Source: Ostrea edulis
Taxonomy: Eukaryota
Assembly (NCBI RefSeq): GCF_947568905.1
Contig: NC_079169.1
Span: 12,958,001 to 13,022,000, forward strand
Direction: 5' to 3'
DNA: 64,000 nucleotides
The notes below the pieces were generated by a model. That model had not been told where the DNA came from. It saw only the letters and a list, made by a program, of their open reading frames with translations, and ran no database searches. Positions 1-11,812 of this stretch are shown here, piece after piece; the stretch's first letter is position 1; every line of letters starts with the position of its first letter. A program made the translations under genes and the position numbers.

Positions 1-654
1 AATTTCCAAGCGTGAAGTCGCCCCCTTGATGTATAGTACATGAAATAGCTTGAGCTGGCCGAGGTTGAATGTAAATTATTAAGGGCTGACCCGAGATTTG
101 GTGATGGCGTCTGTCCTGATATCTAACCACATTGAGTCTCGCCTGATATTACTTTAACGTACTGATATTATACAGTATGTATTCAGTTCAATAAAGTTTT
201 CTTTGTTTCTAAAACAGTAAACATAGCTCAACATATACTCTGTTTTTGGTCACCAATGATGTCCCAATGTCTGACACGGATACAGGACTGAAGTAAGACT
301 TCCCTGGGCGTAGCAGAAATTAAATATGTGTGTCCAATTTCATAAACCTCTAGTCAGGAAATACTAAGTGTCAGTCTCTAGTATAGTTTGAACCTCCCGG
401 TAAAAATTACAGGGGTCGGACCACACCTTCAACTAATGGGGTACATTTCTAGACCCTCCAATGTGGCCTCGTTCGCTCTAACAATTGAACAATTACATAA
501 TACATTTCATTAGTTTTAAGCATCAGCTAGTGCGAAAACATATATATTTATGACATGATAGAAAAAGGCAGTATGCAACGTACCAAGCAAATGATCTTAA
601 ATGAACACAATACGAGAAAGTGATAGAGATGCATACGAAAAAAGTCAGGAAGAG

Positions 655-1110
655 GTAGAAACGTACAAGTTAACAAGTCAAAACGAGATAATAGAGATGT
701 ACAAGACAACAAATCAGAACGAGATAGAGGCGTACAAGTTAACAAGTCCGGACGAGATTGAGATGTACAAGTTAACAAGTCAGAACGAGATAGAGATGTA
801 CAAATTAACAAGTCAGGACGAGGTATAGATTGTTAGACCATTCTCGGCTCAATGATTTTGACTACGGATAACTCCGTTTACCTGATCAAGATATAGGGCT
901 CATGGCGGGTGTGACCGGTCGACAGGGGATGATTGCTCCTCCTAGGTACCAGATCCCACTTCTGGTGTGTCCATGGGTCCGTTTTTGCCCAACTCTCTAT
1001 TTTGTATTGCTTAGAGGAGTTATGAGATTGATCACTGTGCGTTATCGTCACTTTTCATGTACAAGTTAACAAGTCAGGACGAAATAAAGATGTACAAATC
1101 AACAAGTTAG
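655..1110. repeat. 33-bp minisatellite (ATGTACAAGTTAACAAGTCAGGACGAGATAGAG), interrupted by a retroelement 3' fragment
   Basis: About 5 units at 655-828 and about 2 more at 1057-1110; the 33-bp period explains the repetitive ORFs 601..828 and 548..811. Confidence 0.85.
828..1058 (+). mobile_element. Penelope-like (Naiad-type) element, 3' UTR-only fragment
   Basis: Matches the 3' UTR of the RT copy at 15523-16820 (GATTTTGACTACGG...GAGATTGATCACTG...CACTTTTCAT); splits the minisatellite. Confidence 0.85.
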
Positions 1111-1631
1111 GACAAGATAGAGGACGATAACTCTGGGTAGAGATTGAGTTCGATCATCAACTATAGTAAAGAGCTGAACCAAAGTATGATCGAACTGCCT
1201 TTGGTCGAAACCGGAAGGGGGATCACTGCGCATGTCTGGTTTACCACACAGCAAGCTATGCTTGCAAAGTGGTTGAACTTTAGTAACCAAACATACGCAC
1301 TGAAACATCTCTCTCCCTGGGACCTCTTTCGATGTGCATGTATCATCAGCATTATAAAAATGTCATCCTTCAGCTATTTTCTCATTTTTGCTTTATGCAA
1401 TGACATTTACCTATTGAAAATTATTTATCAATCTCGTTTGTAAGTTTATATTGGTCCATACGAAGTAATTTGTATACTAAATTCCTCATTTTTTCAAGTT
1501 TTATATCATGCCAACATGCATCAAATAATGGTTTTTAGTACATGTAACCCTTAAGGATAGAGTGATTAATGATACATGTATATAGGAGTTATGAGATTGA
1601 TTACTGTTTGTTATCTTCACCTATCATGTAG

Positions 1632-1648
1632 ATTGTGTAACGTCTCTT

Positions 1649-1682
<34 letters not shown>

Positions 1683-1960
1683 AGACCGGTGAAGGGCTTC
1701 AAATTTAGGCCTATGCTCGGTGTTTACGGCCATTGAGCATTGAGGGTTCTTTCTCTAAGTTAGCGTGCCACACCTACTGTGACACGGGGCGTCCGTTTTT
1801 AAGGTCATCTCCGAGGACCCGTGACATCCACACCAGATGCCGAGCGTTTGGCGATGGAACAATCACTACCTGTTTTAACGACTTACGTGTGTCGCGGCAT
1901 TCGAACCCCGGCCTTCCTCATGCGGGACGAACGCTCTACCCTCTAGACCACTGCGGCGGT
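1632..1960 (-). mobile_element. tRNA-derived SINE, near full length
   Basis: Minus strand begins ACCGCCGCAGTGGTCTAGAGGGTAGAGCG (A box), then GGTTCGAATGCC (B box), then a body whose 3' part recurs at ~3020, ~7340, ~30540 and ~63290. Confidence 0.8.
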
Positions 1961-2507
1961 TGTAGCATGTAGCATTGATTGAGTGTAACTGTGTTGTACA
2001 ACTCTCTTCTATGAGTTTTAATGTATTTGATGAATGTCCATATTGTTTCGTTTTGGACAACATTCCCCAGACCTATAATTCATGAACAGCGACATCCAAA
2101 AACTTTGTTTATTTGGATATTAAGTTGCTCGGTTTGTTGGTTTTGATTTTGTTTTGTTTATCTATTTTGGTATTTCTAATACATATCTCGTGAATGATTT
2201 CTGATAAATGATTCTGAAGGACATTATTCATTAATGGACAACGTAGATGTTAATTTCATTACTCCGCCCACTGATGCTTTATTATTACAATTAGTGTGTT
2301 TTATTAAGTCATCTTTAGAAGCTAAAATCAGTGCTGTGCACGATTTCGCTACACACTGTACAATCTGACCAAAGCGGAAAACCAAGCGCTACAGCCTATT
2401 GGGCCTTATAGACCCGAAGTTCATCCGTATCTCACAGAAATAAATGTACAGTTTAACTGCCAAGTCAACAACAAAGAAAAGAAGTTTGTTCAAATTATAT
2501 TTGTCAT

Positions 2508-4551
2508 CTAATATTGGCATTTACAAGGTTTTCCCTGAAACAACAATAAAATTCTAATTAGTACTGAAATCACATTTAGATTGAATCTATTAAAACTAAT
2601 TGTTCATCAATGTAATTAATGAATTGAAATACAAACCAGTTTCATCTCACAGACGTAGTAGTTTCTCTGGGCACAGCTGTCCACGTGCCAGTGGTAGTGG
2701 TAATGCTTCCAGAAGGCTCCACAGTTCCAGTCGCCGGCTTTGTGGTACACGGGCTCGCTACCATACCAGTCAAACTTGTGACACCGCTTCTTGCTGAATC
2801 CCCAGATCCATCTGTGGGCGTTAGGGTACAGACAGTCATTCAGACCCATCCAAGCTCCAGGAGAGACTTTAAAGAGATAAGATTAAAATCATCACTATTT
2901 GTGAAACGACAATATACCATACATGATTATGCGCCCTGCTGTTTCATATCGACAGAATTTTTGATTTGTTTTATTGCTTTATTTTTGTTGGTTTTCTTGT
3001 TGTACGTCCCGTCGATAATTTTTCACTGATATTGAGACGTCACCAACTGTAGGTCAAGTACCACAGATTTAGACCTATTCTTAGCGCTCAGGGCCGTAGA
3101 AGTCAGGGTTCTTAATCGTGCCAACGCATGTCGCGATACGGGACATCCGATTTTAAGGTTATATCCGAAAGACCCAAGATTCTTACTCAGGTAGACAGAC
3201 ATTTTGCGAAATTATGTTATTTGATAATGAGGAATTCAACATCATTAATTCGATATGTACACCTGTAGTTCTTGTCTATAGAGTGGACATGTTTATTTAT
3301 CAAAATAACATTTTCAAATAATTTGTAATTCAAAAAGAGAAAATGACAATCTACTGGCCTAACTTTTCTGCCTTTGTAATGTTTCCTTCATTGTCTTAAA
3401 CTGAAGCAGACTGGCCTTCATCTATTTACATCTGATTTCTTACCCCCATACATGGCCAGGTGATGTCTGACGTAAGTGTTTTCGTGCGCCTCGTCAACAT
3501 TACACAAGAAACCGCCCATGGAAGCACATTTCATCTGAAATATATCACATTAATGCATTCCATCATGTGAACTCAACAACACGTATTAATGATATGTTGA
3601 ACTCGCGTACCGTTATTTCAACAGTAACTACTAATCACGTGACACTAAATAGGACATATGTACCTCTGCTTGCCACCATGTTAGTCTGTCTCGGCTGAAA
3701 TAATAACAGCTCCCGTGATACAAAGACCAGCCATAAGGACAGCTCCCGGCCGCCACCTTGGCAGCCATGTACCCAAACTTGCTGTATTGTGGGGCATTGT
3801 TGTAGCTGGCCTCGACGGCTGAAATAAGTGTTAGAGTTCACTACTGATGATATAAGAAATGTTACACTTCACTACAAATGATATAAGAAATGTTACACTT
3901 CACTAGAAATGATATAATATGTCATAATTCGATACTAATGGTATAAGAAATGTTACATGTACAGTTCACAAGAAATGGTATATAAATGTTACAATTCACA
4001 AGAAATGATATATAAATGTTACAATTCACTAGAAATGATATATAAATGTTACAATTCACTAGAAATGATATACCAACAACTAACTATACTAGTAAAGAAC
4101 GAAGCATACATCAGTTATATCAAGGGCTGTCTAGAATATTGCGCCGAGTTGCAAGGTTCAATCATAGATATAACGAAGATCTCTGTAGACGAGATTCACT
4201 AGGTACACTGTATTTATGTGAATATCAATCTCACTTGACAAAAGAAAACTTATGTTTGAAATATAAAGACAAACACGTTAAACTGAAATTACATTAAAAG
4301 GGGGAATGTCTAAAATAAAGAAACAAGAACGTTAAACTGAACTAACAATAAAAATATGGAATTTAATTTAAAGGAAAAACACTTTGAATTGAACAGACAG
4401 TAGAATAGGAAAGTTTTAATTAAAGAAATGGACAAAAATGTTTTATTTACAGATGACAAGTTGTTTATATTAATTTTGGCAGGGTGTTGAACTTCTACAG
4501 TTTACCTGCACAGACGAATACCAGAAGAGCGACCACAAAGACGGCTTGCAT
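2508..4551 (-). CDS. Secreted C-type lectin-domain (perlucin-like) protein, subfamily B, copy B1 (182 aa)
   Basis: Exons 4551-4506 (MQAVFVVALLVFVCA signal peptide), 3818-3664, 3534-3444, 2866-2637, 2534-2508 (GKPCKCQY*); all GT-AG, intron phases 1,0,1,0; CTLD cysteines and WMGL motif. Confidence 0.92.
3020..3200 (-). mobile_element. Degenerate partial SINE in intron 3 of B1
   Basis: GAGACGTCACC...TTTAGACCTA...TTTTAAGGT resembles the 1632-1960 SINE body. Confidence 0.55.
3838..4075. repeat. 30-31-bp minisatellite in intron 1 of B1
   Basis: Repeated AAATGTTACAATTCACTAGAAATGATATAT-like units; source of ORF 3957..4202. Confidence 0.8.
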
Positions 4552-4866
4552 GGCTTCAGTTTCTAGTGGACTGAGTATCACCATCGACTCCCTAATATAT
4601 ATACACTGTACGTTAGCACGCTGCATTAGTTTAACATGATTGTCTAAACATTTTAGATATTGTAACGACCATGAGCGTTATTGTAACCATGTGTAAACAT
4701 GTTTTTGCTGAATTGGCTCGATACAGGCGTTCCTGTATTGTAGCATATTCACAGCAGATTTATTTCACATGATTTGGGTGGGTTTTGTAGAAGTTTGATG
4801 TCATATCCCACACCATATAAAAGTCCCCGCGTTCCAAACCAAACACCATCCACTGATTCCTTCAGA
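4552..4866. promoter_or_regulatory. Bidirectional promoter region B1/A1
   Basis: 315 bp between divergent ATGs; TATATATA at 4596-4603 (for B1) and TATAAAA at 4816-4822 (for A1), each ~45 nt upstream of its ATG. Confidence 0.7.
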
Positions 4867-6280
4867 ATGAACACAATCATTTTAGCCGCTCTTGTCCTGG
4901 CTGCAGCCGTTGCAGGTGAGTCGTTCAGTTGCCGTTTTTGTAATCAAAACCACGAAGGAATTTTACTTAATATTTTAGCCTTCACTTAGAACAATGTTCA
5001 CTTAAAAAGTATAATGAATATTTAGAAATATTTCGATTAACCGAGATCACCTCAGGCAAATACATTGCATTCGTTGATATGTTAAAACATAAGCTAAATA
5101 ATTTACAGCGCTATAAATATGATCACTTTTTCATTCATAATTGAAAGATATTTGCATCGTTTCGCATATCTTTGCTATGAAAATGAACTTGTTTACCTGA
5201 TTTTCATCATTATGAAAATAATTCAATGACCACAACACACTAGTACAGAAAAACAAGCCCAAGAACACGTGTATAACGAATTCAACTTTATTCCCTCACG
5301 ATAGGAAAATAAAGAAAATATTGGATATAGCGAAGTTAGGTTTTAACGAACTGTTTGGTTATAGCAAACTGTTTTTCGCTGGCCCGAGGGATTCGTTTTT
5401 AAACCATGTTTTTCTGTACTTATCTGGAACTAGGTGTCAGTTATTATTATATATCATACATACCTATATCATTTCCTGCAGTGTCTGAGGCTAGCTACGG
5501 CAACAGGCCTAGGTACAGTGCCTTCAAGTACGCTGCTGCCAAAGTAACTTCCGGCGGATGTCCCTATGGCTGGCATCAGTACAACAACCATTGCTACTGG
5601 TTCAGCAGAGAAAAACTCAACTGGTACAGAGCGTCTGTAAGTTTGCTGCCTTCAACTTATCCAGTATCAACAATTATAATAGGTATCTGATAAAATCAAT
5701 TTATGTATTTATTTCCTGTAGATGAAATGCACTGCTATGGGAGGATATCTCGCTTCTGTTGACCAGTCCCACGAGAACACCTACGTCAGGCACATGTTAA
5801 GCACCTATGGATGTAAGTCAATTTTGACTAAATTATCAAAAAATCAAAGTCCCCCAGATCATTCCTGTTCCTGATTTGAGTTCTATTATTTTTCCAGTCC
5901 GAAGAGGAGCATGGATGGCATTGAATGACGTTCTGAGACCAAACAAACACAGATGGTGCTGGGGATTCATCGTGAAGCCATGTCACAAATTTGACTGGTA
6001 CGGTCAGGAACCAGTTTACCACACTACTGGTGACTACAACTGTGGAATTTTCTGGAGGTCCTATAAATACCACTGGCACGTGGACAGCTGTGGTCAGGGC
6101 AACCATTACGTCTGTGAGAGACCATTGGTAAGTGTCTGATCTTTATTCTAAACTGAAAGGCAATAACAGTACTTCTTTTATGACTTATTTAAGCATAACC
6201 ATTGGATGCTTGGCATATCTTTTCATTAGATATTTCTCTCTTCTTTTTTTCAGGGAAAGCCATGTCTTTGTGTTTATTAG
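4867..6280 (+). CDS. Secreted C-type lectin-domain protein, subfamily A, copy A1 (183 aa)
   Basis: Exons 4867-4915 (MNTIILAALVLAAAVA), 5482-5636, 5722-5812, 5898-6127, 6254-6280 (GKPCLCVY*); GT-AG introns; AATAAA at 6292-6297. Confidence 0.93.
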
Positions 6281-7339
6281 AAGTCATCTCAAATAAAGTG
6301 TTGCTTGCTCTCATCCATTGTGAGTCTGTTCTTAGCATTAATGGTCACACAATCTAATTTGTGGAAAGGGGATTCATTGACAGTGGATGTTTACTCCTTC
6401 TAGACATCTGGTCCCACCTCTGGTATATTCAGGGGTCAGGTTTTGCCCAAATATTGATTTTGTATTCGTTATGGGAGTTATAAGATAAGTTACTGTTTGG
6501 TATTTTTTCCTGCTGGACGATTGGATTTTTAATGTGGCGTAAACATGAGGCTGGAGTAATTATCTGTTGACCTTTACACCTGAAAACGCCATTCGACTGA
6601 AGAGCTAAGTCTGCTTTGATATAGATAGCGAATGCTCCATGTTTAACGCTGCAGTCGTTTTGAATAACAGTAGCAAAACATATTTATTGTTTGGAAATAA
6701 TTGAAAATCAGCAATATTATATTGAAAACCTCTCAGAGTTCCATACCAGTTCTAGTATACAAGAAAATAATTGCATTTGTGATACATTTTGCTATAGAGT
6801 GAAGGTTTTTAAACCACACTGATTTTTAACTGGTTTTTCATAATGTTTGATTTATAAATAAACTTATACGTTGTATCATCCCCTTAATAAAAAGGTTTTT
6901 GTCCTATTTGGTTAACATTCTCGTTGCAAATATATCTTGAAATTAACACGATAAGTATACGTGTACAGTAATGAAATGCTCTCCGAGTTTTCATTAATTT
7001 TAGGGCAATTTTGCAAAAAGATTTTGCTACCTACAGCTAGAATAAAACATACCAGTCCTTCCTTACTTTCTCATATAAAGTTTTTAAAAAAAATGATATC
7101 TATTGCAAGATATTGTTCCAGGTCGATGGCTTTTCAATTTAGAGAATATTTGATATAATCCTATAACGCACGATTATCACTTAATATAATCGTTTTACAC
7201 CGTGTACTTTCAGTATTCAACCAATTTACGAAAAGATATTTTACACGGTATAATTGCTGATATATTATGAAATCATGAATGTTCTTGTTGGATTTTGTTG
7301 TTTTCATGGTTATTGGTTGGTTGTATATCATTTACCGTC

Positions 7340-7342
7340 CCT

Positions 7343-7373
<31 letters not shown>

Positions 7374-7565
7374 GCCATTACCAGTGAAGGGTTGCAAAAT
7401 TTAGGCCTCTGTTCGGCGCTTACAGCCATCGAGCAGGGAGGGATCTTTATTGTGCCACACCTGCTGTGACACAGAGCATCGGGTTTACGGTCTTATCCGA
7501 AGGACCACCCTATTTACTCGACTCTTACGACAAGCAAGTGGTACTGAAGACCAATTCTATCCCGG
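7340..7565 (-). mobile_element. Partial SINE-family repeat
   Basis: CTCATATGGAGACGTCGCCATTACCAGTGAAGGG...GTGCCACACCTGCTGTGACAC shared with the 1632 and 63290 copies. Confidence 0.7.
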
Positions 7566-7576
7566 ATTTCCACGAT

Positions 7577-8398
7577 TCTTTGGTGATCAGGTCTTCCACC
7601 AGTTTGTTGGAATTCCAACGGGCACGAATTGTGCTCCTTTGTTAGCTGGCCACCTTTTCATATTCTTAAAAGGCAAAATTTATTCAAAGTCTTCTTCATG
7701 AGAAGAAAAATATATACTTCTCGTCTTCAACTCGACTTTTAGATATATCAACGACGTTTTATCTATTAACAATAATAATTTTCGTCCATAGGTCTTTTTG
7801 ATATATCACTGTGAACTCGAAATAAAATACACCACAGAGATCTTCAACATCTGCTTCATACTCAAATATTTTATTGAACATAGAGGTTAACGGCAAACTT
7901 ACCAGTTAACTTTAAGGAAAGGGAATGATTTCAGGTTTCCCATCGTCAACTTCCAATATGTTTGTAACAATATTCCATTATCACCTGTATACGATGTTTA
8001 TGTCTCTCAGCTACTTCGATACGCAAGAGCTTGTTCTGCGTATGATCAATTTATAAATTGATGCAGGCTACAGACAAATAAATTTGTGTAACAGGAGTTT
8101 CAACAGTCTCGTTTAAAGTCAGTATTTCGCAAATTCTATGGTCGTTCTAATGATCTAGTTTGGCAATACAACATGCCATTGGCTCAAATTACTTATTTTG
8201 ACTACGGATTACTCCGTTTACTTGATCAAGATATCGGGCTTTCAGCGAGTGTCACCGGTCGACAGGGAATACTTACTTTTCCTAGATTACTGATCCCAAC
8301 TCTGGTATATCCATGGGTCTGTGTTGCCCAACTCTAAATTTTGAATTCCTTATAGGAGTTATGAGATTGATCACTGCTCATTATCTTAACCTTTTCAT
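7577..8398 (+). mobile_element. Degenerate Naiad-type PLE fragment (RT 3' half plus 3' UTR)
   Basis: FGDQVFHQFVGIPTGTNCAPLLA remnant, frameshifts and stops, family 3' tail ending CCTTTTCAT. Confidence 0.85.
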
Positions 8399-8822
8399 CT
8401 AATTACTGATAAGTCATACATATGCATTGTGATTTGTAGATGGAAAAGGTTTATTAACTAGAAGATACATTTGTATCTGTAATTATATTTATCAATAACT
8501 GCTTGTGAGGGAATTGGCATGTTCACTGAGCTGTTCAGTATTGATTTTTGAGGATTTGGAATCTAAAGTCACAGGAGCGTAAAACTTTTAAAATGAGAAA
8601 AGGACTTTGAAATCCAGCCTGAACTTGATCAAATAGGAACAATAAATGTACTCAAATATTGGCAGTAATTCAAATAGATTTGTATACTCCCCTCCCTTAA
8701 CAAAAATCAGTAACCAAAAATAATTGAGAATTAACAGGAATATGATGTAGAATTCGTGACTAGTGTTTGTCATTATGTTGAATTTGAATAGCAGATGTAT
8801 TGCGATACACATATACGTATAT

Positions 8823-10056
8823 ATCTTGCTCCTCACGAAAATATTAATAGCTGTGAAGGAGAAACTTCAAATTTACTGTGCGACTACATATGCCAGAAGT
8901 GATGTTAATCAAATGTGGTTTCTAAAAAATTCTAAAGAACTTTTAATAAGCTTGAAATCGCACTTTTGCCAAATCAATAGCATCAAAACCTGACTTTTCA
9001 ACACTTTACACGACCATTCCTTACGATGAATTAAAGACCAGCCTTTTTGACATCATGGACAGTTGCTTCTTTGACAAAATTGGAAAACGGAAATATTCAT
9101 ATGTAGTGATCAGTCCTCCAAAAAATTACTTTATTAAACACAACTCTAATTCAACGCACAAATACTTTGAAGTTGAAGTAAAAATATGTTAAAGTTTCTC
9201 ATTGCAATGTCTTCGTGGTCTTTGGTGATCAGGTCTTCCAACAATCTGTTGGAATTCCCATGGGCACGAATTGTGCTCCTTTGTTAGCTGACCTGTTTCT
9301 ATATTCATATGATGCAGAATTTATCCCAAATTTTTTAAAAAAAATATCTTGATGTGGCCTTCAATTCGACATTCAGATATATCATCGCCGTTTTGTCTAT
9401 TAACAATAATAACTTTCATTCATATGTTGATTCGATATATCCCTGTGAGCTCGAAAACAAATACACCACAGAGTCATGCACTTCTGCTTCATACTTAGAT
9501 ATTTTATTGAAAGTAAACATTAACGGCAAACTGATCACTCAACTGTATGACAAACAGGATGATTTCAGCTTCTCCACCGTCAGCTTCCCATATTTATGTA
9601 GCAATATTCCATTATCACCTGTATATGGTGTTTATATCTCTCAACTAATTCGATACGCAAGAGCTTGTTCTTCGTATGGTGAGTTTTTAAATCGAGGCAA
9701 GCTACTGAAAAACAAGTTGATGGTAGGGGGTTTCAACAATCTCGACTGAAGTCAGCACTTCGAAAATTCTATGGTTGATATAACGATCTAGTTCGTAAAT
9801 ACAACCTATCATTGGATGAAATGTTGTCTGACGTGTTTCATACCGATTGTTAGGTCATTCTTGACACACTGATTTTGACTACGGATAACTCCGTTTACCT
9901 GATCGGGATATAGGGCTCACGGTGGGTGTGAACGGTCGACAGGGAATACTTACTCCTCCTAGACACCCGATCCCACTTCTGGTGTGTCCAAAGGTCCGTA
10001 TGTGCCCAACTATCTATTTGAATTGCTTGAAGGAGTTCGCTACCTTCACCTTTCAT
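8823..10056 (+). mobile_element. Degenerate Naiad-type PLE copy (RT pseudogene plus 3' UTR)
   Basis: Collinear with 15523-16820 (LLTKILIAVKEKLQ..., AFNSTFRYI..., LYDKQDDFSF) but frameshifted; another partial + copy follows at ~10075-10356. Confidence 0.88.
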
Positions 10057-11148
10057 TATGCTTTATTTTAGCCAGTGAAAATTCCGCATATTCTATGGTC
10101 GTTATAATCATCTAGTTTGCCAATACAACCTATCAATTTTTTGACCGTTTTTGCACTGATTTTGACTACGGATTTCTCTGTTAACCTGATTGAGGTAGAG
10201 GGCTCACGGCAGGTGTGACCGGTCGACAGGGGATGCTTACCCCTCCTAGACATATAATCCCACCTCTGGTATATCCAGGGGTCCCTGTTTACACTGTTCC
10301 CTAATTGATATTGGTTATAGGAGTAATGAGATTGATCACTGACCTTTTATTATCATTTCAAATATGCATCGCCCTTGCCTTATGTGTATCATTGTGGTTG
10401 TAAATTGACACAATAATTCAAATTTGGTACACAAAAGATTGACGACAGTCGGTGTTGTTGAGACATCGCTCATTTTTGTCAGGGAATTACTAAATATACA
10501 TATATTTTTCCTTCTGTAAGGTATACAGTTCTTATTTGCTGATGAATAGCCTTTTACCTGAACTGTTAAATAACACGTATTTTTGGAATAGTTCGAAAAT
10601 CCGGCAATTTCAAATTGCAAAAATCTGGTATTTACACATTCTACTATCGCTAAATACAGATTGTGTGATGTCACACACTACAGCGTGCATTATCGCGCAT
10701 AAAGTATACAGGAAACGTAAAAGCATTTCCAAATCGAACTGTGAATTTGAATTTTGATGAAAATATATATTACTTATGAAGGTATAAATTTCCGAGAAAT
10801 GGAATATTATGGTAATATAATAAATATTGCAACGTTTTCAGATTGAATGCAATGTACTTAAATATAAAAGTAAGGTCACAATCTATGGAAATAAGTCACG
10901 GAAGTGATGGTGGTTTGTAGCCCTTCATTTTTAGTGAGTGAAATGTTAGATAGGAATGGCTCTTTTTTCAAGAGTGATGCCTGTAGTGTACTCTCGTCAT
11001 GAAACAATCATGTGTATAATAGTATAAATGATACATTTAACATCTTGTCGTAGCATAAAGAGTACATAGATAAAAAGGATCAGGACTGTGTATAATGTAA
11101 TCATGAATAAGCATACATTACAGAAATCATTACACTGTGTAAATGGTC

Positions 11149-11680
11149 AGATGTTCAGTCTCTGGACCAGTAAACATTCAACGTAGACAAATGATCGTAT
11201 GTTCTGTCTCTCGATCAATAAACATTCAGTTTAAGTATATGGTTGGATGTTCTATCTCTCGATCAATAAACATTCAGTTTAAGTAAATGGTTGGATGTTC
11301 TGTCTCTCGATCAATAAACATTCAGTTTAAGTAAATGGTTGGATGTTCTGTCTCTCGATCAATAAACATTCAGTTTAAGTAAATGGTTGGATGTTCTGTC
11401 TCTCGATCAATAAACATTCAGTTTAAGTAAATGGTCGGATGTTCTGTCTCTCGACGAATAAATATTCAGTTTAAGTAAATGGTTGGATGTTCTGTCTCTC
11501 GACCAATGAATATTCAGTTTAAGTAAATGGTTGGATGTTCTGTCTCTCGACCAATAAACATTCAGTTTAAGTAAATGGTCGGATGTTCTGTCTTTCGACC
11601 AATAAACATTCAGTTTAAGTAAATGGCTGGATGTTCTGTCTCTCTACCAATAAACATTCAGTGTAGGTAAATGGTCGGTG
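11149..11680. repeat. 48-bp tandem satellite, about 11 copies
   Basis: Unit GATGTTCTGTCTCTCGATCAATAAACATTCAGTTTAAGTAAATGGTTG, lying just downstream of the A2 polyA signal. Confidence 0.9.
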
Positions 11681-11812
11681 ACCAATGGACATTCTTGAAG
11701 AACCTTTATCTTCCACTCGTTTTAAATTGCACACAATTAACCGATAAGTAAGAATAATCACTCAACAAAATGTCACAATATGGTCGTTAAAAGTTTATTT
11801 CTTACAGATAAT

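Noticed and set aside
1-550. Possible LTR or other element end with AATAAA near 190
   Set aside because: Cut by the window edge; no termini, PBS or second copy to support it.
1099-1443. ORFs 1144..1443 (+) and 1099..1308 (-)
   Set aside because: Slightly GC-richer sequence but no recognisable domain or supported splice structure.
2642-2839. Thr/Ser/Gly-rich ORFs (MTVCTLTPTDGSGDS..., also 15131, 30121, 53309) and antisense Val/Pro-rich ORFs over the same exons
   Set aside because: Alternative frames or antisense of lectin exon 4; the splice sites and cysteine pattern support only the CTLD frame.
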